A stretch of 64,000 nt of DNA from a virus, in the IMG/VR virus record IMGVR_UViG_3300034071_000719, positions 1 through 64,000 of that record, one strand, 5' to 3'. A model generated the notes under the pieces. The model was given only the letters and a program-made list of their open reading frames with translations. It ran no database searches and was not told where the DNA came from. Below, one piece after another: positions 50,314 to 57,441 of this stretch (position 1 is the stretch's first letter; every line of letters starts with the position of its first letter). A program made the translations under genes and the position numbers.

Positions 50314-51347
50314 TAACACGGTGTAATGCGCCGTGGGTAGCACGGTTTATTAATCCAACTGGGCGAGTAACACCGTGTTGTTACATAGTACCGACTAATA
50401 TAGAAAAACTCAAAGAATCATTTGATAACGGTATAAAAAGCCCAGCATGTGGTTATTGTTGGTTGGCAGAAAAAAATAATGTACATAGTCCTCGGTTAGA
50501 TTATAATAACTTGCTGGGCAACACAGTAACTCACTTAACTATTAATTTAGGTAATTACTGCAATGCTGAATGTATAATGTGCAACGGTAATACTAGTAGT
50601 AGCCGCAATTCATGGGCGCGATTACATAGCCCAAAAGAATTTAAAATTAATGTAATACCCGAAGCCAATATTGATAATTTTGATTTTTTGGAATATCCGG
50701 ATTTAACAACATTAACTCTATTAGGTGGCGAACCAGCAATACATCCGAGCACTATTAAAATTTTAAATCAATTAATAGAACAGGATTTAGCAAAGAATGT
50801 AAACATTAGTTTAAATACTAATGCCAGTAAACTTGATGATATATTGATAGACAGACTCCGTTGTTTTAAAAGTATATCGGTTACATTAAGTATCGACGGA
50901 ACCGGCAAGTATTTTGAATATCAGCGCCGCCCCCTAAGATGGGATCAAGTTAAAGTAATTGCTGAGCAATGGATGGAGATTAGTGAAAGCATAGTTATTA
51001 ATTATGTAGTAACTGCGATTAGTGTGTGGTCATTTAATGATTTTATTTCGTGGTTTGTAGAGTTGCCTGATTCAATTCATAACAAACAGCCACAAATTTC
51101 AATGAATCAGGTCTGGGTGATGAATCATGCATACCTAACGTTGGCTGTATTAACAGACGATCAAAAACAACAATGGTTAGTAGAAGCAATTGATCATCCG
51201 GCTAAGCAAGATATAATAAACATTTTAAATAGTGTAACTTATAACGCAGCTCAATGTACAATCTTCAAAGAAAAAATGAAATTAGAAGATATAACTGCTA
51301 AATTAAAGTTTGCTGAGATATTTCCGGACTGGCTACTAAATGACTAA
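50310..51347 (+). CDS. Radical SAM protein 6, N-terminal twitch/SPASM-like domain
   Basis: CNAPW...PCC...CGYC; CNAECIMC; LGGEP. Confidence 0.9.
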   Translation: MITRCNAPWVARFINPTGRVTPCCYIVPTNIEKLKESFDNGIKSPACGYCWLAEKNNVHSPRLDYNNLLGNTVTHLTINLGNYCNAECIMCNGNTSSSRNSWARLHSPKEFKINVIPEANIDNFDFLEYPDLTTLTLLGGEPAIHPSTIKILNQLIEQDLAKNVNISLNTNASKLDDILIDRLRCFKSISVTLSIDGTGKYFEYQRRPLRWDQVKVIAEQWMEISESIVINYVVTAISVWSFNDFISWFVELPDSIHNKQPQISMNQVWVMNHAYLTLAVLTDDQKQQWLVEAIDHPAKQDIINILNSVTYNAAQCTIFKEKMKLEDITAKLKFAEIFPDWLLND

Positions 51348-52626
51348 ACCACAAACACTTTGTTTAGCACCGTGGGTACACACATATCTTTCACCACAAA
51401 CTGAAAGACGTATGTGTTGTGCTAGTCGCGAGCCGGCGCAGAACTTTGAACAGTATATCGACGTCTCGGCGGGTACAGGGCGTTATATACCAATAACTCT
51501 GGATGAACACTGGAATAGCGAGCACATGCGGTCGGTCCGTCGTCGCATGATTGCTGGGGAAACCCTCCCAGAGTGTGAGGTATGTAATGATAAACTGTTG
51601 AATACATCAGTTTACCGTAGTTATTTTGATCAGATGTTTGGTGATAAATATTTACAAGTAACAGAAACAACAGATTCAACGGGTTACACAACAATGCGCC
51701 CTGTAAGTTGGGATTATAGATTTAGTAATCTGTGCAACTTTAAATGTCGTATGTGTGGTGATATGTTAAGCAGTGCTTGGGAAACTGAGCAACGTCAACA
51801 TAATATGATTAACTGGCATAACCCCAAGAACAATTGGATGAAGCCAGAAGTAAAGCAAGAAATTACAGCATTTCAAGATAGTCAAATAGAACAAGAGTTT
51901 GCTCGAGCAGTCGAAGATCATCAAGTTGAGGAAGTATATTGGGTAGGCGGTGAGCCACTAATGTATGAACAACACTGGCGTTATATGAAACGCATTATTG
52001 ATTTAGGAGATGGCAAACATGCTTACGCACGGTACAATACAAATCTTAGCCGCGTCAACTATCGTGGCGTCAATCTCTACACTGACATTTTATCTGGGCT
52101 ACGCGATTGGCAAATCTGTGCCAGTCTCGACGGAACTGGAGCAATTGGAGAATATATTAGAACAGGACTTGATTATAATCAATGGCTTGAAAATTTCCGT
52201 GAAGGAGTTAGAATTGCAAGTCACAGACGCCAAATGCGAATTGACTTCACTCTCACACTGCCCGGCATGTTTGAAGTCACAAACATTACCCAGCTTGCTT
52301 CGGAAGAAAACGTAGACATACTGGCTAAAGTTGTTTTCGGCTTTAGCCCAGACATTATCCTTAGTCCCCTTGCACTACCACGCGACTTACTACATCCATG
52401 GTTAGACGAACTAATCCCGCAAACTTCTGGAGCCATGCAAGATATACTTGTACAGCTAAAATCACGACCAACGTTCGACGAGCAATGGCCTGATACATAT
52501 AAGAAAGAGCTTGACAAAGGTAAGCAACGTGTGTTACAATTAGAAAGTATACGTAACGATACATATACGTTAGCAGACATATTAAAAGAGAGACCCGAAG
52601 TATATGAATGGTACCAATCAATCTAA
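51340..52626 (+). CDS. Radical SAM protein 7, N-terminal twitch/SPASM-like domain
   Basis: CLAPW...MCC...CEVC; CNFKCRMC; VGGEPL. Confidence 0.9.
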   Translation: MTKPQTLCLAPWVHTYLSPQTERRMCCASREPAQNFEQYIDVSAGTGRYIPITLDEHWNSEHMRSVRRRMIAGETLPECEVCNDKLLNTSVYRSYFDQMFGDKYLQVTETTDSTGYTTMRPVSWDYRFSNLCNFKCRMCGDMLSSAWETEQRQHNMINWHNPKNNWMKPEVKQEITAFQDSQIEQEFARAVEDHQVEEVYWVGGEPLMYEQHWRYMKRIIDLGDGKHAYARYNTNLSRVNYRGVNLYTDILSGLRDWQICASLDGTGAIGEYIRTGLDYNQWLENFREGVRIASHRRQMRIDFTLTLPGMFEVTNITQLASEENVDILAKVVFGFSPDIILSPLALPRDLLHPWLDELIPQTSGAMQDILVQLKSRPTFDEQWPDTYKKELDKGKQRVLQLESIRNDTYTLADILKERPEVYEWYQSI

Positions 52627-53776
52627 AGTAACTGTAACACTACGCAACCCGCTAGATTTTGCAGATCAACTTGAATACTATATTATTCCTAATGATACAC
52701 AGTTGGCAGCCGATTGGATTATTGCCCTCAAAGAAATTCTATCAGCTAATAATCAATTAGAGAAGAATTATTGTTTTATGGGATTTCCGGAGTCTGCTAG
52801 AACACTAGAATATCTATGCGAACAAACAAATATTGCAGTTGAAATAATTAATAAATTTGATTTTACTCTTTACGGATTGGATAATTATATCATTGAAGAA
52901 TGGTTTAATCTTGATACAGTTCGATTTCCTGCTTCCTACCCTATCGAAGGTTCATTTGATAAACCCGGTACCGTCACTAATTCTAAACGTGTAGAGATTG
53001 GATTATATCCAAAACACAGTATATTGAATAGATTACATACACATTTCGAGAGATTACAAGGAACAGTTGATAATCTTAGCGAGTATTACAAAGTAGCAGA
53101 TTACAATACAAAATATGCTATTAGACAATTAAATATATTGTGTCACGAAATGGAATCGTTGATACTGAGTCAGCGAAAAAAAGCAAGCACACCGGAATGG
53201 ATTAGACCTAGCCAAATTACGACTTTCTTAGGAATAAATAGATTTCCGTTGGATAAATCACATATTACTGGATTTGCTAGCAACGGGTACGACCGTAGAT
53301 TTGGTCATGTATACATGCACTGGGCACAAATAGGCAAGACATTAATGGAAGTATTTCACGATGAAGCGGCACCCGATCTGACCTCAACTATATGTGAGAC
53401 CATTAATAGTTTAAAATATTATAGCGGTGAGTTTGATATTGAATGGGCAAAGGATGTTACCAAAGCAGATAATTATCCGTGGGTAACTAAACAAGCTGCT
53501 GAATTTACTGCATGGCTAATTCAGCAAGGCCTCGATATTACTGATCCTTCATTGAGCCTAGGTTATCTTCCTATAGGTCAGGTCGATCTTATTGCTAGTT
53601 TTGGAACCAGCGATATGGTTACTGTATGGGATATGTTAAGTACGCACCTAGACATATACAAAATAGAAGTCGACGGAGTAAGTAACACTTTTGATTATTG
53701 TTGGTCAGACGATGACTATAAACAAAAACAAATAGATATGATGAAACCGGGATATGATTTTAGTAGCCGCAGGTGA
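52604..53776 (+). CDS. Hypothetical protein
   Basis: 390-aa ORF overlapping both neighbours; LNRLHTHFE, LCHEME and YMHWAQIGKT segments. Confidence 0.75.
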   Translation: MNGTNQSKVTVTLRNPLDFADQLEYYIIPNDTQLAADWIIALKEILSANNQLEKNYCFMGFPESARTLEYLCEQTNIAVEIINKFDFTLYGLDNYIIEEWFNLDTVRFPASYPIEGSFDKPGTVTNSKRVEIGLYPKHSILNRLHTHFERLQGTVDNLSEYYKVADYNTKYAIRQLNILCHEMESLILSQRKKASTPEWIRPSQITTFLGINRFPLDKSHITGFASNGYDRRFGHVYMHWAQIGKTLMEVFHDEAAPDLTSTICETINSLKYYSGEFDIEWAKDVTKADNYPWVTKQAAEFTAWLIQQGLDITDPSLSLGYLPIGQVDLIASFGTSDMVTVWDMLSTHLDIYKIEVDGVSNTFDYCWSDDDYKQKQIDMMKPGYDFSSRR

Positions 53777-54464
53777 TAGTTTTGTATGGGGAATAGAACT
53801 AGCTAATTGCGTTCACTATAACATTGGTGGGCACAGCCTAAATTCCTTTCCGGCTTTGTTAGCTCAACAATCTAATATGAGATATATATGTGCAGCAATG
53901 CCGGGTAATGCTAATAATGCAATTGGTAGAATGGCAATTGACGCATTGAGCAAAATAGATGACGATAAGTTTTTATTAGTTGAATGGACTTATCCACAAC
54001 GCTGTGAATTTAGAATTAACGACAAGTGGGTTAGCATAAACAGCTGGCATACTGACGCTAAAGAATTTAGTGAAAGTTATTTTAAACATGCCGGCGATAG
54101 CGAATACTACGAAATTTACTCTATTCTTAAAGAAATAGTATTTCTGCAACAATATTGCATGATAAACAAGATACCATATATGTTTATGACTGCTAACAAT
54201 CATTTCTATAAACATGAAAATTATTTTAGATACAGTGATACTAATTTGACGAACTTATTTAATCAAATTAATTGGGATAATTGGTTTTGGTTTGATGCTC
54301 CTGCACCAGCAACTGATCAGCACACACCAAGAGGATTCTACCAATGGGCAGTTGAAAATAAGTATAAAGTAGGCCGAAATGGCCACCCCCTTGAAGAAGC
54401 ACATAAAGATGCTGCAATATTAATTAGGAAGAAATTCAATGAATTGGCTGCTAAACATAATTAA
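53754..54464 (+). CDS. SGNH-like protein
   Basis: AGDSFVWG, PGNAN, WT...R.E, GHPLEEAH. Confidence 0.7.
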   Translation: MILVAAGDSFVWGIELANCVHYNIGGHSLNSFPALLAQQSNMRYICAAMPGNANNAIGRMAIDALSKIDDDKFLLVEWTYPQRCEFRINDKWVSINSWHTDAKEFSESYFKHAGDSEYYEIYSILKEIVFLQQYCMINKIPYMFMTANNHFYKHENYFRYSDTNLTNLFNQINWDNWFWFDAPAPATDQHTPRGFYQWAVENKYKVGRNGHPLEEAHKDAAILIRKKFNELAAKHN

Positions 54465-54540
54465 TCGTGTTAAATTAGAAATACGTTATCGTAAGAAACT
54501 TAAAGAATTGCGTAAGCGCGATCCATTTATCTATAAATGA
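54439..54540 (+). CDS. 33-aa basic peptide MNWLLNIINRVKLEIRYRKKLKELRKRDPFIYK (absent from the ORF track)
   Basis: AGGAAG RBS upstream; fills the gap between two SGNH genes; its stop overlaps the next start (ATGA). Confidence 0.75.
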   Translation: MNWLLNIINRVKLEIRYRKKLKELRKRDPFIYK

Positions 54541-55082
54541 TTTTAGTAAACGGCGATAGTTTTACTGCTGGTGAAGAAAGTGATATTGCCTGGCCGGAGT
54601 TAATTGCTGATACTGTAAATATTGCTGTACCTGGTGCTAGCAATGATTATATACTTAGATCAACAGTTGATTATGTAGATAATAATAAAGTTGATTATGT
54701 AATAATAGCGTGGACTAGCCCCAATCGAATTGAATTACCAAACAAACACCTAACATCTGCTAGTTATAAGAAGTATGGACCAGTGGTTAATAGTGTATTT
54801 GCTGAATGGGATACAGAGTGGGCATATAAGAAATTTATTGCGCAAACTAAATTATTAGATTGTTACTTAACAATGCCGCATTTGTTTGTAAGTACATTTG
54901 ACATACAAACAGTGGCACAAGGTAGTGGGTTAGATTGTTGGCTAGGCTGGCCACACGAAGGATTAGTAGAGTGGATGGGCAACTGTCTAAAAGGTTCTGG
55001 TGGACACCCACTGGAATTAGGACATCAACGAATAGCGGAAAAAATCAATGAACATATTAGGCATCTCGGCTGGGTTTCATGA
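54537..55082 (+). CDS. SGNH-like protein
   Basis: NGDSFTAG, PGASND, WTSPNR.E, GHPLELGH. Confidence 0.72.
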   Translation: MILVNGDSFTAGEESDIAWPELIADTVNIAVPGASNDYILRSTVDYVDNNKVDYVIIAWTSPNRIELPNKHLTSASYKKYGPVVNSVFAEWDTEWAYKKFIAQTKLLDCYLTMPHLFVSTFDIQTVAQGSGLDCWLGWPHEGLVEWMGNCLKGSGGHPLELGHQRIAEKINEHIRHLGWVS

Positions 55083-56538
55083 CGCAGCAATTACATTAAT
55101 CAAAGGCGATGATATTGTCTTTGCAGGTCACGCTGAACGTTATAGCAAAATTAAACACGACCCAAACTTAAACGTTGAAATGCTCAGAGATTGTATATTC
55201 AATTATGGCGAACCTGATTTAATTGCATATTATGAAAGACCGTGGGTTAAAAAGACACGACAACTTTATGCTGGACAATACAGTGAACTAACTAAAGGAT
55301 GGAGTGTACGCAACATGATACACAAAGTCGCTCCGTGGTTAAGTTCTACTCCAATCAAAACATACAATCATCACCTATCACATGCGGCCGCTGGCTTTCA
55401 AACTAGCCCGTTTGATGATGCAACAGTTGTTGTAATTGATGCAATTGGCGAGTGGGATACTATTAGCATATGGTCTGCAAAATATGTCAATGGTAAGGCA
55501 CAATATACAAGAGTGTGGCGCCAATTATACCCACACAGCATCGGCTTAATGTACAGTGCATTTACTAAAGAAGTTGGCCTACGTCCGCTAGATGAAGAAT
55601 ACATTTTAATGGGCATGGCGGGCTGGGCAAAACAAGACACAACACGTTTAAGTGACCAACTTTCAAATTGGTTAGTTGACCACGAGTTTGAGCTAACATT
55701 AAAACATAACTTACATATCGGTCTACCCGACAATGATATAAAAGCAAAATGGAATGACTTTGAGATTGCTAATGCGGCTCAGACATTAACAGAACAATTG
55801 ATACACAATATAATGTATAAAGCAAAAACACTAGCACCTAGTAGTAACTTGGTATACTCGGGCGGTGTTGCGCTTAACTGTAGTGCTAATAGAGATTTAG
55901 GAGAATATTTTGATAACATTTGGATTATGCCCAATCCTGGCGATGCTGGTAGTAGCCTCGGTGCTGCAGCGTTGGCGCACGGTAGCAAACTTAACTGGGT
56001 GGATGCTTTTCTCGGGCATAACATTACTGGCCCTTATCCCTGTACTGATATTGTATCTGCATTAATGACAAACAAGATTGTTGGCGTTGCCAATGGTCGT
56101 GCAGAATTTGGACCAAGAGCGTTGGGCAACAGAAGTTTACTAGCTGACCCACGCGGCCCTGATATTAAAGATGCTGTAAACTTAATTAAACGTCGTCAAC
56201 AGTTTAGACCATTTGCTCCTATAATACTAGAGGAGTTTGTTGATGAGTATTTTGAAATGCCCAATGGATTTAAAACAAGTCCGTACATGCAAACGACTGC
56301 AAAGTGCTTGCGTCCTAACGAATTTCCTGCTATAATACATATAGATGGTACAAGTAGAGTACAGACTGTTCCACGTGATAACAGTGGTATACGTGAACTA
56401 TTGTGTTTATGGTATACATGGACAGGTTGTCCGATGTTGCTTAATACAAGTTTAAATGTACGCGGTGAACCAATGGTAAATGATCGTGCCGATGCAGATC
56501 GCTTTGAAGAACTGTATGGAGTAAAGGTACTAAGTTGA
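55048..56538 (+). CDS. O-carbamoyltransferase (NodU/CmcH/TobZ family)
   Basis: ILGISAGFHDAA, ERYS..KH, HHLSHAA, DAIGE, GGVALNC, GDAG, EFGPRALGNRS, FRPFAP, DGTSRVQ, LNTSLN. Confidence 0.95.
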   Translation: MNILGISAGFHDAAITLIKGDDIVFAGHAERYSKIKHDPNLNVEMLRDCIFNYGEPDLIAYYERPWVKKTRQLYAGQYSELTKGWSVRNMIHKVAPWLSSTPIKTYNHHLSHAAAGFQTSPFDDATVVVIDAIGEWDTISIWSAKYVNGKAQYTRVWRQLYPHSIGLMYSAFTKEVGLRPLDEEYILMGMAGWAKQDTTRLSDQLSNWLVDHEFELTLKHNLHIGLPDNDIKAKWNDFEIANAAQTLTEQLIHNIMYKAKTLAPSSNLVYSGGVALNCSANRDLGEYFDNIWIMPNPGDAGSSLGAAALAHGSKLNWVDAFLGHNITGPYPCTDIVSALMTNKIVGVANGRAEFGPRALGNRSLLADPRGPDIKDAVNLIKRRQQFRPFAPIILEEFVDEYFEMPNGFKTSPYMQTTAKCLRPNEFPAIIHIDGTSRVQTVPRDNSGIRELLCLWYTWTGCPMLLNTSLNVRGEPMVNDRADADRFEELYGVKVLS

Positions 56539-56951
56539 AAATATTAATTATGGGATTGCCTGGGTCAGGTAAAACGACCCTCGCTAGCGCACTATTAAAA
56601 TTAATAGATTGTGTATGGTATAATGCCGATGCAGTTAGAAAAAATTACAATGATTGGGATTTTTCTGAAGAAGGCAGACTACGTCAAGCAACACGTATGA
56701 AAACGTTAGCTGATGATAGCAAAGGTCATGTTATATGCGACTTTGTTGCGCCTACTAAAGAGATACGTGATATATTTGATGCCGACTATGTTATATGGGT
56801 CGACACAATTAAAAAAGGTAGATTTAAAGATACAAATAAAGTATTCGAACCACCAACACAATACGACATGCGAGTAATAGAACAAGATGCTGAACGTTGG
56901 GCAACTATTATTGCACATGCCATTTCTATAAAGGAATTAAATGAAAGATAA
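56535..56951 (+). CDS. Adenylylsulfate (APS) kinase-like P-loop kinase
   Basis: IMGLPGSGKTTLA, NADAVR, DFSEEGRLRQ, DFVAP, FEPP; TTG start overlapping the upstream stop. Confidence 0.7.
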   Translation: MKILIMGLPGSGKTTLASALLKLIDCVWYNADAVRKNYNDWDFSEEGRLRQATRMKTLADDSKGHVICDFVAPTKEIRDIFDADYVIWVDTIKKGRFKDTNKVFEPPTQYDMRVIEQDAERWATIIAHAISIKELNER

Positions 56952-57441
56952 AATGAAATTAGCACACATGCGCACTGCATTTAATTATGCGGCATGTTCG
57001 AGTGCTGTACGCTTACAAGTTGGGTCAATCATTGTTAAAGATGATGCAATTATCTCTATAGGATACAACGGTCAGCCAAGTGGTTGGGATAACGTGTGTG
57101 AAGAACGAGAATACATGGCAAGTGATGCTGGTGGTTGGCTTGACCCAGATGAAATAGAATCACAGTGGCCATTTGTTGCCGAAGATCAACTTAGATACAG
57201 ATTGAAAACAAAATCAACTGTACTCCACGCAGAGTCAAATGCTATCTCAAAACTTGCTAAACTAAATGGTGGAGCACAAGGTTCAGCAATCTTTATTACA
57301 CATTGCCCTTGCTTAGATTGTGCAAAAACAATTTATCAAGCTGGTATTACAGAAGTGTATTATGCACAATCATACCGCGATACAATAGGCGCTGACTTTT
57401 TAATTAAATGTGGATTAACAGTAGAACAAGTACATGTTTGA
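56941..57441 (+). CDS. cd: dCMP deaminase
   Basis: RLQVG, SIGYNG, HAESNAI and PCLDC zinc motifs. Confidence 0.92.
   Translation: MKDKMKLAHMRTAFNYAACSSAVRLQVGSIIVKDDAIISIGYNGQPSGWDNVCEEREYMASDAGGWLDPDEIESQWPFVAEDQLRYRLKTKSTVLHAESNAISKLAKLNGGAQGSAIFITHCPCLDCAKTIYQAGITEVYYAQSYRDTIGADFLIKCGLTVEQVHV

Noticed and set aside
43928-52626. Calling the radical SAMs MoaA, PqqE, QueE or anaerobic sulfatase maturase
   Set aside because: Domain order and context do not fit, and no partner genes of those pathways are in the window.
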